NCBI GenBank assembly: GCA_001938485.1
Contig: MQRK01244263.1
Span: 1-64,000, forward strand
DNA from: Girardia tigrina
Taxonomy: Eukaryota
Length of the DNA stretch: 64,000 nt
Direction of reading: 5' to 3'
In this document: positions 13,821 through 27,599 of the stretch, in pieces
Position numbering within the stretch: the stretch's first letter is position 1
How the letters are laid out: each line of letters starts with the position of its first letter
Notes under the pieces: model-generated
Told to the model about the DNA's origin: nothing
The model's input: the letters and a program-made list of their open reading frames with translations, nothing else
The model's database searches: none
Program-made: the position numbers and the translations under genes

Positions 13821-14508
13821 ATATTATACTATGTTATAGTATACTACTACTATATTATTCAAAATTTAGTAAATTGGATTTCAAAAATAAAAATTGTATT
13901 TCAAAAAATAAATTTTTAAAATATATTAATTTAAATTATTATTTATTTAATAACACTATAAAATGATTTAAAACATTAAAAATATCTTACTTTTTCAATT
14001 TTCGTATTGTTTTTTTTTGAAGTTGCACTATAAATTAAAGAGACGTAAATATTGATTCTAAGATACTAAATATGTAAACCAATTAAATTAATCCACGCGA
14101 TACTTATTTTAATACTAATTTTCTTATGATTTAAACTTTATCTTAAACTTTATCTGTTTATATTTTTATTTTTTTATTATTTATATTTTGAACCTATATT
14201 TACCATAAATATATACGTATTGATCCCCCAGATTATTGACCTAAAATTTTAAAAAATTGGCTTAAAAGTTAGAAGATTGACTTTATTGACATTTCAGGCA
14301 TCAAATGGCATAACTACATCAGTTTTTGTTGATTTTAAAAATTGATCTAGAAAATTTGAAAAATTGTGCTCTAAAACTCAGAGTTTTTTATTCAAACTCT
14401 GTCTGGAATTTAGAGTCCGGTTGGGTATATTTTTAATATTGATTAATCAATTGTTCCTAAATTCAAAATTTTGAGATTAATCAAATTCCTAGACTCGTGA
14501 TGTAATAG

Positions 14509-15152
14509 CAGTGGCGGAATGGCCCTGGTTGCCGGGTTGCGTTAGCAACCCGATTCTTTTCTAAATGTTATGAACCCGGGCTCTATGTAGAATACAAATA
14601 ATAAAAAATATATATTTATGTTAATGCCTATTGATTTGTACTTTATGAAAACAATTTATTTAAATCAACAATGCAAGTATAGAATTATAATAATCAGGGT
14701 GGTTTACGAACATTTTTATTTATTTGTTTTAACTACTAAGTTTGTTAGTAACATAACCGCGCTGGCGCCTTATCAGACAAGATCATTTTCAAGTAAGTTC
14801 AATTGTGATATTAAATTTATTATTGAGTCATTTCACGGTGACATGAATATCACTTTTACCTGACGAACTTTAAATCTGCTTTCTGAAAACAGTGTTTTTG
14901 CGTAGATAGGGTTCCAATAATTTGAATTTTAATTTAAAATTTAAAATTAAATTTTAATTTGATTTTTAATGGGTATTCAAATGATAATACAATGTTGGTG
15001 TATAACTACCATAGTGTGCACAAAATTCATTTTTCACGTATGTTTAACATAGAGGTAAAATTTGTTTAGAAAGAATTCGTGACCCTGCAGGCCATTGCGG
15101 GAGCCCTGGGGTACATCAGCAACCCTGAGAATAAATAGTCACTCCGCCACTG
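14509..15152. mobile_element. hAT (Tip100-like) MITE
   Basis: TIRs CAGTGGCGGAATGGC and GTCACTCCGCCACTG; 8-bp TSD TGTAATAG versus TGTACGAG (6/8). Confidence 0.85.
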
Positions 15153-15339
15153 TGTACGAGAGTGTTATTGTTAATTTTTTATTTTTTGAAATTAGGAATT
15201 TTAATTTTATTAAAATTTCGAATTATAAAAAAAATTTCGAAATTAAAAAATATTTGAAAATGAAAATAAAAAAATGAAAATTTTTCAAATAACAAATTTA
15301 ACCTTTCGTAGTTTTGAATAAATTTTGAAAGTATTGATT

Positions 15340-16800
15340 TCTTTATTTAGAAAGGAAGTGAATTCTCAACCAAACTTGTTGGCGGCGCAAACGGATTCAA
15401 TCACGAACCGACTGATTCCTGTCATGTTCCAGATTGGAGAAGATCTAGAGAAATTTATTTCACGTTGCAGAAGATATTTTGAAGCAGCCGAAATTAATCA
15501 AAAGAAATGGCAAACATGTATTTACTCCATGATAAACAAAGTCCTTTTGGGAGCATATGAGAACACAGCTGGTAAAGCTGATAATTTTGAGGATCGAATA
15601 AAACTAGCGTTTGAGAACCTGAGAGAAACATTGACGGGTTGAGAAAAACTGTTTAGTTATCGCAAAGGTTCTGACAACGCACTAAATTGTTTTCAAAAAA
15701 GTAGACCGGCAGGTAAAAATGGCGTTGTCGCATAGACTCGAGGAAGAAGAGCTAAAAGCTCACATTTTAATTCATTGCATTGATGATGAAGATGTTGTTC
15801 GTGAAATTAAATTACGGATATTAAAGACTGTCAAGGAAATATCTGAATTTATTGCACAAGTAGACGAAATAAACCACGAAACGAAGAGCAGGATCAATGC
15901 TGTGTGAAGTTATCGAGATATTATTCAAAACAGCAGAGTTCCTCGGGTAACCACAAAATGGTTAAATTATGTTCAATCGAGACAAAAACCTACAATGGTG
16001 TGGAATCAACCGAGTCCAAATGCTATATTTGTCCTCAACCGATCTAGCAGCGACATGTTAGTGAACTCTAGCGGACAGAATATTGGTTACGATAATCGAA
16101 AATCGAGAATGCAGAACAAAGATCGAAAGTTTAAAATCCATACAATGAACGACGACGAAGAATGCACAGGATAATTGTGAAGAAAAATAAGATAAGTCGT
16201 ACCCAAACAACTGGGCTCCACCAATTGGGGAAGATAATTCCATTGGACTTGGATGCAAGCTGGATGTGCGAACGATGAGTTAGTTATATAGATATTTGAA
16301 AAACAATTTTGAGCAATTATTTTATGTTAACGCATTGATTGAGGATCAGAAGTCGGAAATATGCTATCGTAAAATTCAGGGGCGTCCGAGTGTTACAGTG
16401 GAAATTCAGTGGAAACAGTGTGAGTGTTTGTTGGACTCAGGATCAAGGGTTAATATTATGAGCAGGAAGTATTATAAGGATTTGAATAATTTGGTGTTTG
16501 AAAAATGTGATATCAATTTGACAGGTGTCAACGACTGACAATTGAAAGTGTTGAGTAAAATAGAGGTAGAACTAGGTATATGCCAGAAAAGAAAAGTAGT
16601 ACCATTTATCGTTGTGAAGAATGTGATTCCAGAACTGATTGTTGGCACACCATTCATGATTTTTTTCGGTTATTCCATTCAAAAATCACTAGACAATAAT
16701 GTATCAAGAGAAACAAGTGGAAGTGTGTGTAACATCGAGGTAAGGTGATAAGGCCAGGAGAGAGATTATAAAGAGCCTTAGATTGCATAGATAAAGTTGT
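15340..16800 (+). pseudogene. Ty3/gypsy gag-protease remnant
   Basis: Gag region (LIPVMFQIGEDLEKFISRCRRYFE...FSYRKGSD) is homologous to the copies at 36450 and 39139; aspartic protease GRPSVTV...CLLDSGSRVNIMS and LIVGTPF; many stops. Confidence 0.9.
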
Positions 16801-17242
16801 TGGGTATTCGAAATAAAGTTTTCTTTAATTACTTTAAAACACGCTTTCAAATTGTAAATGTCTGACTATTTTTACAAAAGGTTCTTCCAACTTTGTAATG
16901 AGTATATTAATTTGATTAACCCTCTCTTGAGATTTCAATCCAAATGAATCTCGCCGAAGATTAGTTTCAAATTATCAATAATAGTAAAAACTCAAAGGAA
17001 ATCTGATTTAAAACTTTATTCAATTGAAACACAAAATTCTTTCGGAAAAATACAATGTATAATTAACTATTGAATATTCCAAATATTTTGTAGTAATCTT
17101 CTTCTATTAATAATTTTATTTTTAACAAAATGATTTTTTTTGTTTTATACGATTTTAATGTGTTTATTGGTGTGAAATTAAATAAAAGTATTAAGGTATT
17201 TATACCCGTTTAAATTGTAAATAAAAAAATCCATAATTGTAC

Positions 17243-18146
17243 TTATTTTAAAATGGACGCGTGGTGCAGCCACCTTACCATCCTGGACGGTAGCATCACT
17301 ATCTCAGGAGATATGCGTCGGGAGTTTGACGGTTCCCATCTCGGCTGCGGACTGACAATCGCCAATCAAATTATTGGTGACAAAAAATATCTATCCCGAA
17401 GAGTCCCACGTATTGGACCCGTGAATATGTGCTCTGCCCAATGCGCGAGAGAACGCAGGTCATCAGACATATACCGACACTATTCCTCAGGAAACCGACT
17501 ACAGTGAATTCGATAACTTGTGTTCGAACCTTCGGTAATAACAACAACAAACATTGCTTCATTTACAACACATCCTGAAAACAAATTAAAGACGACTGTT
17601 ATGCTCCGTTCAAATGACAGAAATAAGAAAACTGATTTATTTGTGTTTAAATTAACTTATGTAATAATAGCCATGTGCACAAAATTTTAATTCAGTTTGT
17701 GGATTATACAAAATAAATGGTTGTTTCTTGTCACACATTTTATCTTATTCTTTTTTAATTCGAATAAAAAAATAAAAAGCGATCCACATCGCTCTGAATT
17801 TACCGGCCGTACCATACACCCCACCGCTACACACATTTTGGTGGCGCACAGCGGAGCTCCACGACCGCATCAATACAACATCTGAGTTGCGGATTGATGA
17901 GCCAACTAGACAATTTTGCCGCTTCAAGAGCATTCAGCAGTCACTAGGCCGTTAATGCATCACGGGAAGCCGTGGATGACAGAATATGGTTCCTTACTTG
18001 ACGAGGCACCTGCTGGGAGAAACTCGGTCCGACGGTTACCGGCGTCCACCGAACTGACCGATCAATCCAATCATCCGGCATCTTCTCGCACAATTAAAAT
18101 GTGCTGGTCGCCGTCACGTGATCTCGCAGTCGTCACCTCAACGACT
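17243..18146 (-). pseudogene. GC-rich decayed exon-like cassette antisense to and downstream of the gypsy gag-pro
   Basis: Two GC-rich blocks, each preceded on the minus strand by an acceptor (TTTTATAG near 18147; TGTTTTCAG at 17575). Block 17574-17243 reads about 110 codons with only 2 internal stops. Confidence 0.4.
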
Positions 18147-18240
18147 ATAAAAACTTTGTACTTTCCATTTAAATTCACATTATGGGATTACATTTATTCG
18201 TTTTAACAACATTCATTTTTTTCACATTTATTAATTATTA

Positions 18241-18392
18241 ATCATATTTTTTGTTATCTTTGCTGATATCTGTCGGAGCACTACAATCAAAAATGGTGGA
18301 AGAACTTCCGAGAGTTGTGATGACGCTAAATGTGATATTAATAAATGTTTGCATAGTAATTGTATCGGTTCTCTTTACAATTATGAATATTA
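18241..18392 (+). pseudogene. Cys-rich coding fragment (NKCLHSNC family), interrupted by a Tc1 insertion
   Basis: IIFFVIFADICRSTTIKNGGRTSESCDDAKCDINKCLHSNCIGSLYNYEY shares NKCLHSNC with 28817-28921; the frame resumes after 19928. Confidence 0.5.
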
Positions 18393-18426
18393 CAGTCCTA
18401 TGCATCAATATATATATACGGTATGC

Positions 18427-18463
<37 letters not shown>

Positions 18464-19926
18464 NNNNNNNNNNNNNNNNNNNNNNNNNNNNNNNNNNNNN
18501 NNNNNNNNNNNNNNNNNNNNNNNNNNNNNNNNNNNNNNNNNNNNNNNNNNNNNNNNNNNNNNNNNNNNNNNNNNNNNNNNNNNNNNNNNNNNNNNNNNNN
18601 NNNNNNNNNNNNNNNNNNNNNNNNNNNNNNNNNNNNNNNNNNNNNNNNNNNNNNNNNNNNNNNNNNNNNNNNNNNNNNNNNNNNNNNNNNNNNNNNNNNN
18701 NNNNNNNNNNNNNNNNNNNNNNNNNNNNNNNNNNNNNNNNNNNNNNNNNNNNNNNNNNNNNNNNNNNNNNNNNNNNNNNNNNNNNNNNNNNNNNNNNNNN
18801 NNNNNNNNNNNNNNNNNNNNNNNNNNNNNNNNNNNNNNNNNNNNNNNNNNNNNNNNNNNNNNNNNNNNNNNNNNNNNNNNNNNNNNNNNNNNNNNNNNNN
18901 NNNNNNNNNNNNNNNNNNNNNNNNNNNNNNNNNNNNNNNNNNNNNNNNNNNNNNNNNNNNNNNNNNNNNNNNNNNNNNNNNNNNNNNNNNNNNNNNNNNN
19001 NNNNNNNNNNNNNNNNNNNNNNNNNNNNNNNNNNNNNNNNNNNNNNNNNNNNNNNNNNNNNNNNNNNNNNNNNNNNNNNNNNNNNNNNNNNNNNNNNNNN
19101 NNNNNNNNNNNNNNNNNNNNNNNNNNNNNNNNNNNNNNNNNNNNNNNNNNNNNNNNNNNNNNNNNNNNNNNNNNNNNNNNNNNNNNNNNNNNNNNNNNNN
19201 NNNNNNNNNNNNNNNNNNNNNNNNNNNNNNNNNNNNNNNNNNNNNNNNNNNNNNNNNNNNNNNNNNNNNNNNNNNNNNNNNNNNNNNNNNNACTATTGAG
19301 GGTGCATACAATGCGGATTTGTTCGTTGAATTTTTGCAAGAATGTGTAAATTCGAACATTGATTTCAAAAACAAGATTCTTTTGATGGATAACGTGAGAT
19401 TCCACAAGACATCTGCCATTAAAGACTTCTTGAACGACAACTCTATTGCTTTTGATTTTATTCCACCATACTCACCACAGTTGAATCCCATCGAGGAGGT
19501 TTTTGGAGTGTTTAAGGCCAGGTATTATAACAAGNNNNNNNNNNNNNNNNNNNNNNNNGAAATAAAACGAGTTGCTGGCAATGTTTTCGACGAAATGAAC
19601 GATGATAGCGAACTTGTTATGAATCGGTTTTATGTTCACATGCGTGAGTTTATGGATTTGGCGTATAATGGTAGTTTCTTTTAAATAAAATTTAACGCCC
19701 AAACTGGTTTAACTTTTTCGTTTATTAAATCATATGATAATTGATGTGATATGATATATGATATTCTGTAAAGGGGTATATATTAATGAATAGTGTACTT
19801 ATATATATGAATATCGAACATACAGTATATCTTGCAGTATATCTTTATGCATACAGTATATACGTTTTTGCATAGTATATATATATATTTATGCATACCG
19901 TATATATATATTGATGCATAGGACTG
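18393..19926 (+). mobile_element. IS630/Tc1-family DD34E transposon (5' part in gap)
   Basis: Identical TIRs CAGTCCTATGCATCAATATATATATACGGTATGCATAAAT... with TA TSDs; CDS remnant 19292-19684 has MDNVRFHK...PPYSPQLNPIEE, with 34 residues between D and E. Confidence 0.95.
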
Positions 19927-20568
19927 TAATTTGCAATGATAAAAGTCCAACAAGTCGATTATTATTACTTTCACAAAACATTTTCTGGCATTATTGTCAG
20001 GGAATATTCTAGTTTTTTACTCACACAACAAAAGAATCTACCCTCGGATCACTAAAACACTATACAAGTAGGAATAAGATAACTTATCAAAACGTTTTGA
20101 AAAATATTTGTAATCTAAATATTAATGGTGAAGTATTTTGTTTATCTGAACTAATCACATAAATATGACTGTGTAAATTGAATTAGAACGTGTAATAAAT
20201 TATTATATTGGACGTGGAATTATTTAAAGATACAACAATATTAATAAAATTTTCTAAATTATTTTTGAAATTATCAACTTTTCTACGTCTTTCACCGTTT
20301 TTGATGATTATGTATAATAACTAGTTTTAAATTCTCCTGTAATATCTGTAACATTTTTTAAAAATTTTTGAACTTTATCAATTTTCATATATATTCTAAG
20401 GGATTTCCACTTAAATACAAAATAAGAAGTATAATATAATATTATACATTAATCTTTCCGATATAACACTTATGTTAACATAACTTTTTTAATGATCAAT
20501 AGTGGAAAAGATTTCAAGACTTTTAAAAACTCACTTGTGCTATTATATAAGTATATCATGTTCTAAAT

Positions 20569-23500
20569 CAGGGGTCTCCATACTTTTGACAACGCGGGCC
20601 GGATGGCGCATTGGAAGATAGTCCCGCGGGCAACATATATAAATTATGATATTAAAAACGCATAATTAGTGAATAAACAGATAAATGATAAGTTTATTAA
20701 TAATATGAACATATAAAATTATAATTGTAATTACATGATAGTGAAAATTTTGAAAATATATTCAAAACAATAAGATTAAATTCCATTTAATAACTATTTT
20801 TTTCAAAAAATTGGACGATTAGCAGGAGATCTAACTAGTGAGAATGGTGTAACTGTTGTTGATTTTGTAAAATATCTGAGTAATCCGGTAGAATCTTCGA
20901 AGTACTAATCATAAGTAAGGATTTTAAATGTGACTCTGACAAAGAAGTTCTGTATTTTGATTTGATATACTTCATTTTAGAAACAAATTGTTCGCAAAGG
21001 TAAATGGTGCCAAACATTGCAATAAACTGACAAGCAATTTTTTTAAATTTAGAAAGTGGTCCAAATCCAAATTATAAAAATCAATCAAGTTTTCTTCCTT
21101 ATATTTATACGTTCATCTTCCTGCAGTTCAATTACTTCCATTTGAAAATGGGTTGGAATATTTCTAACATCACAATCGAACGGATTTTGAAAAAACCTTA
21201 TTTCCGCAGCATCAGCATCCGGTTCAGCAAAACGTTTTCCGAAATTGTTGTTTTAAGTCTTCGATAACTACATATGTGAAAGGCAAAGGAAATGTCCCTT
21301 GGCTCGTTTTATACAATTCTGCACAGTATTGCATATGTGTAAAATTATAATTGTTTATTTGGCTTTCTAGCAGTAGCAACTTTGCTCTGAATGCCTTTAT
21401 ATTTGTGTAAAAATCGCAAATTCAATTATTTTCACCTTGTAATTTTAAATTTAAATTGTTCATATGTGTTAAGGCGCGGTAAGGAAGAATACTTTTCCTT
21501 ACTTCCTAGCGACTCAACAAAAGAAGATATTAAAAATCTTCTATTAACTCAATCTCAGACGAAATACTATCCCTTGGTTTATTAAAATTTATTATCACGA
21601 AAAATAACGTAAGACAATTCAATAATAAAATTTATTTATAATATTAACAAGATTTTTTACACAAATTATTAAACAAAATATACTAAAATANNNNNNNNNN
21701 NNNNNNNNNNNNNNNTGGCTTATAAAACACCGTTTAAAAGCACAACTCAATTTGATAAATATGAATTATTAGTTTATTATAATAAAAATTATTGAGTTTA
21801 CAAAATTCAATTACTTAACCAAAGGAAGGAACAAATTATAACCTCGTGTCTGTGCAATTAGAGTCCTGAACGAACCAATAGGAGTGAGCAGTAAAGGATT
21901 AAATAGATTCTTCGACAAGATAAACACGAAATTTGGTCCCAAGTTTGATAAATTCTTCGTCAAGATAAACACGTAATTTGATCCCAAATTTGTACAAGAT
22001 TATACGTCTCTTCGTCGATATTAAAGATGCGTGATTGGACTCCGAATTTCTGAATTAAGTTATAAATTTTTTTCCTTAAGATTTTATGAAAAGGGTTTAC
22101 CTGAATTAAGTTATAAATTTTACAATTCGACAGATTTGTCAGTTGTTNNNNNNNNNNNNNNNNNNNNNNNNNNNNNNNNNNNNNNNNNNNNNNNNNNNNN
22201 NNNNNNNNNNNNNNNNNNNNNNNNNNNNNNNNNNNNNNNNNNNNNNNNNNNNNNNNNNNNNNNNNNNNNNNNNNNNNNNNNNNNNNNNNNNNNNNNNNNN
22301 NNNNNNNNNNNNNNNNNNNNNNNNNNNNAATAATTTAAATAAATAATTTATATTGAAATTAATATATTTTTTTTTTAAAAATTATAAATAATAAATAAAC
22401 GCAACACGATTAAATATAAACATAAAAATAATTAAATAAAAATTCACGAAATTCAAAAATATAACATTCACAAAAATAAAAATAAGCAACCCAAATTCAA
22501 ATTAAGAATAAATAAAAAGATTCATATTTTCATTACATTACATTACCCCAACATATGATTTACCAAATCTGCAAAAATTACCAACTTCCAGAGCCATTCA
22601 CAATTTGACAAAAGTGGTTCAGAGTGATCTTTCTCGGTAAGGAAAATATCAATTTCATGTCTGAGTTGAAAGAAACGGAAAAGAACTTTTCCACAACTAA
22701 GCCAACGAACAGCGGTGTAGTATGTCAAATCTATATATTCGGAATCACATTCTTCAAGGAAAGTTCGAAATTGGTGATTTTTAATAGCATGAGCACGAAT
22801 AAAGTTTACCATTGAAATGACGGGCTTCAATACACAGTTCATATCAATATATTTTGCAAAGTGATTGTTGGTGGATCATACAGTAAAAAAACATAGGTTT
22901 TGATTTTTCAATTATTTCACACGCTTTTGAGATTTTTTCAACCAAACCTTTTTTATACCAGCCATGTTTCTTGCGCCATCAATTGTAACGCATTGTAATC
23001 GACTCCAATCTAACTTATAATCATTTAAATGTTTTTTCAACTTCCTTGAAAATGCCCTCTCCCGTTGTAGTGCTATGCATGCTACAAAGTGAAGCTAATT
23101 CCTGCGTAACGTTAAGATTATTGTCAACGCCACGAAAACATATTACAAGCTGTGCGGTATTAGAAATATCAGTTGATTAGTCCAAAGCCAAATTGTTTGT
23201 TTAAAAATGTTGTTTCCGATATGTTCAACACGTCGACCAATTGTATTTGGTGCAAGATTTACCATTTTAAACATATTAATTTTTTCTGGACATAACTCAG
23301 TCACTGCTTCCATGATACAATCTTTAATCATATTGCCATAAGTGCACGGTTTTCCTCTTTTAGCCAGCACATACGCAATTTTGTAACTTGCCAAGATATA
23401 GTTTTCATTATACTTTTTCTGTTTCATAAAAAAATTCTATTGGGATTGCAAAACTTGAGATAATGATTCAAATTTATTTAGCCGCTCTTTTTTTTAAATT

Positions 23501-24366
23501 GGAAAAAGATTTCAGTATGTTTTGTGTCATAGTGATGACGTATATTATATTCTTTCCATACAGCTATTGTTTCTGTGCATATTACACAAATAGCTTTTTC
23601 TCCTGTTTTTGTTTGCACGAAAAAGTATTTTATGTCCCATTCATCAATAAAAATACGCCCTTCGTCATCCACTTTTCGTTTCTTTTCATATGACTTTTTT
23701 TAGAATCCATCTTCAATTTAAATCAGTAAATTTTATAAATTAATTAAAAAACTAAATTTGTGAGATACTTACAATTATGTATCGCCAAGTTTTGCGTTCT
23801 GATAATTATAATCGGTCGAAAATTTTCAGTCGTTTTCTTTCGCAACGAAAATATATAAGTAATTTGTCTAATTTGAAAAATCAAGAAATAATGTATTTAT
23901 CTTTCAAAACAGTTGCCAAAATAAAGTAAGATAAAACAAATTTTTACATAATAAAATTAATTAAATTTAACAAAAATTTTCAATAAAATTCTTCGGCTTG
24001 GAGATGCTAATGGGGGTATTTTATTGAATTTGTATTTAAAGAATTTATTAAATTTATTAAATTCCGACGAATAGTTTGACCAAATTTGGAAACGAAATTA
24101 AGTTATAAATAACAATATGTGGTTTTAATATGTAAGTATATTTACATGTTTAAAATTTTTCTTGTTAATATTAATAATAAAAAATGAAATTATTTTTTAT
24201 ATTTATTTATGAATTATTAACATTACAATTTAAAGTTAAATTTAAAGTTTAAATTATTGAAAATCGTTATATGATTTTTTTTATTCAATTTAAGTTGTCT
24301 ACATTTGTGTAATTGTGTTGCTGGCCGGATAAAATTATGTCGTGGGCTGTAGTTTGGTGACCCCTG
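20569..24366 (-). mobile_element. hAT Buster/SPIN-Charlie (GTF2IRD2-like) transposon, transposase pseudogene about 23710-20835
   Basis: TIRs CAGGGGTCTCCATA and reverse complement CAGGGGTCACCAAA; BED-finger-like KAICVIC...YNIRHHY, ASYKIA...KRGKP, VRWLSCGKVL, LNLKLQG, MFGTIYLCEQFVSKMK. Confidence 0.95.
21467..22553. mobile_element. Solo LTR (gypsy-type) inserted in the hAT transposase
   Basis: Termini TGTTAAGG...CCCCAACA with a perfect 4-bp TSD TATG (21463-21466, 22554-22557); removing it restores transposase ...DLVNHM-NNLNLKLQG. Confidence 0.88.
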
Positions 24367-24589
24367 AATTAGTTAATGCGAAAAATTGGTCGATTTCAGT
24401 GAGAAATGAAATGAAGTGTGAACTGTTGTTGCTTGAATTATAATGCGTGAAATTGGAAATTGTAAAATAAGGATTGTGAATAATTTAAAAATTTAAAATT
24501 TGAATTGAGTGAGAAAAAAATGCTTAAATGATGAGATTATTTATAATGAGGTTACGAAAAATTACAACAGAGTTGAATTGATTTAAAAT

Positions 24590-25540
24590 GTTGCTCTCTG
24601 CAGGGTGTGATTTGTGAGAAAAAAAACTGGTCACTACACTGCTGAACAATGTTTTTGATTCGCAACTGAGCTGTGACGAAAAATTGATATTGGTACGAAA
24701 TACGTGTCTGACTCAAACACTGTCTGAGGGTTTCGTTGGCGTCCAAAATGGAAATAAAAATGGAAAATATGAGAATAAGTTTGCAACAATTAACTTAAGG
24801 GAATGATTTTCAAAACGGAGTATGTACCAGGAAGAAAAATCCAAAAGTTATACACAGACTGTGAAATCTTTTCCGAGGATTAAATCTCATGACACCCATT
24901 GAAGCCTTCAAAGACAACGTGACGAAATTAATGTGTTTGATAATACAGAATCCTTCAAAGGTCAAACCGAATTTAATAAATTAATTTTTAATATCGACAA
25001 ACGTCTCTGAAACAACGGCCTTCGGCATCAGAGAATTTATTAAATTTTAAATTTTTTAAATACATAAAATTTAATATATTAAATTATAATAATAAATTTT
25101 GCGGCATGTTCCCATCACACTATTAATCATTGCGATCGGAACATTGTTTTTGTTATGGAGAAAACGAAGAACATTTTAATGTCCTATTAGGGACAAATAT
25201 TTAATATGAGGCAACCAAGATCTCTGCTTCAAAGAATTTAATCTTTACGAAACATGAATAATCAAAAATCAAAATCGATATTGCATATCTTTGACGAACA
25301 GAACAAAGTAAACCAGTCTGACGATGAATTGTGAAACTTAGTTAATCTTTTTCGAAGCCTATGTTTAACTAGAATTATTGGCTAAGACTCGCTGGTTTTC
25401 TTCAATGGATTTATGTAAAGCATATTATCAAGTTTAATTGACCAAGGAATCTAGGATGTGCATTGTGTTCAGCACTAATTTAAGAATTATGGAGAGTGAC
25501 ATGCAAAGCGTTATATAAGATCTTTGGGTCCTAAAATTAA
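24590..25540 (+). pseudogene. Highly degraded Ty3/gypsy remnant (zinc knuckle and RT fragment)
   Basis: CDL*..KTGHYTAEQCF knuckle-like remnant near 24605; AKTRWFSSMDLCKAYYQV*LTKESRMCIVFST RT motif at 25381-25475. Confidence 0.65.
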
Positions 25541-27599
25541 CTTTCAAAATGCACTCTCGACAACTTTATTGAGAGTTTTTAAATGATTTATTGATTATGT
25601 ATTGATGGTATAATCATTTCTGATAATATATAACTCAATTTCGTTTTTTTAATCAGTTGTTCTGAGGATTACGGTCAACCCGTCAAAATTAATAAACACC
25701 ATAAGAAATTTTGATTGGCTTATTAATTTTAATTTTTTTTAAATATTTGTTATTTCTGGGTTATATTTGTATTGTAATGTATTGTAATGTATTGTAATAA
25801 TGTCAACAAATGATTTTGTTACCACATTAAACGCAAGAAAAACTGAGTGAGTTCCTGAAAATATGTATTCAACCCTTTAAAAATAGCCTGGTGTGAATTT
25901 TTCACCCTAGTGACAGTAATTATACAGTAGCATTTAATGTTTCAATTATTATTGGGTATATTTGTGTATCTATTAATCTGCACTATAAGTGGCAGTCGAT
26001 GATTCTGGTTTACTTTTAAAGTCCCGAAACAGTCCCCATTATTGTTGTTTGGCGCTTAAACCAAGTTAAAATTAAATTTTTCGTAGGTTGTTTGACGTAG
26101 CTGGTACCAATTTAATACCAGTTGACAAAGTATCAGCAAGGAACGCTGTCATATATACTTTCGACAAAATGACAAATAATTTTGCAAAGTTTGGTCTCAA
26201 ACAGTGCAATAGTTTTGGAGTCTATTTGTAACATAAACACGTACACATATTTTAATACAAATAGGTCCGCGTCGGGAAGTTCTCTTTTAATAAAATTAAA
26301 ATATTATCAAACAAACAATAAGCTTCCACCACAAAATGTAGCGAACAAAAAGCCTAATTTAATTAATAAAGTATTATAATTTTTTCATTTTTTTAAAATT
26401 GTTTCACCATTCTTTAAAAAGCATTAAAATACTTGTACAACAATTTCTACTTTTATCGAAATTCATTTTATTGATATAAATTACGAAAAAAAGTTTTTTA
26501 TTAAATAAAATTTTTTGATTAATTTATAATTTTTTGGTAATAACTGAAAAAATTATCAAATTTTTATTATCTTTTTCATTCTCTAAAATGTGTCATTAAA
26601 ACTAAATTGTTAACTTATAAAAAATATTTATAATTTACTTTTGCTATCACAATAAATTTTAGAATAATTTTTACAAGCTATTACGTTTATTACTTTCGAT
26701 TTCTAAATATTTGTATTTTTATTAATTTTATATGGTTAATAAATTAATACTATATTGAAAATTAAATGGAATAAACATCAAAATTGTTTTTTAAAATATC
26801 ATTATAAAAATAATTCAAATTCTTGGAAAAAGATATCCTTCGAGGATTTTTTACTTCTAAAAATAATTTTTATTTTAAAAAATAATATTAAACATACGCT
26901 TTTAACGGCGTTACTTTTCAATAATATCAAACAATAATCAAAATTAACACAAAATATTAAGTTTTATTTATAATATAAAGTACAAAAGAATTCCGAATGT
27001 CAAAGACGAATTAAAATAATTTTAAGATGAGAAAGAACAACAAATGACAAATATATTTTAGGAGAATTCTTTTAGAGTTTTTTAATCACATTTTTGATTC
27101 GGAATTGTTATGACGAAATGTCTCATGCTTCACTTTTCTCTCTTCGATACAATGAGGCTTCCCGGGAATTAAACCACTTTGAAAAGGAAATTTTTTTAAA
27201 TATTTCCGTAGAATTTCAACCGAGATTTCCTTGTTCTCCATTTCCATATTGTTTGAATAAATCTATTAATAAATTATCAGGAAGTAATTCAGTTTTCCAA
27301 TAATTTAAAATAATTACTATTTAAATATAAACACATTAAAATAAAATGAAGAATATAAACAAAAGATTCCAGAAATAAATTATTATATCATTATGTAATA
27401 ATTTAATCATTGAGTTCCCTACAAATTTAGGTATAATAAAATTAATTTTAAAATTGGATTTATTATAATTTATTAATTAAGAGTTGTAGACTTTGTTTAA
27501 AATGGTTATCTTTAATTATATCAAATTTCATTGATTCTACATAAAAATCTTAGGTTTATCATTGTGAGCAATGTTTTAAATTGTGTAATTCTGAATTGT

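Noticed and set aside
19292-19926. Fanzor/TnpB cargo in the IS630-like element
   Set aside because: No RuvC or zinc-finger ORF is visible, and the 1.5-kb element leaves no room beyond the transposase; the gap content is unseen.
25980-27300. Coding-like stretches at 25980-26355 and 27090-27300
   Set aside because: Multiple stops in the frames examined and no recognisable motif; no call can be supported.
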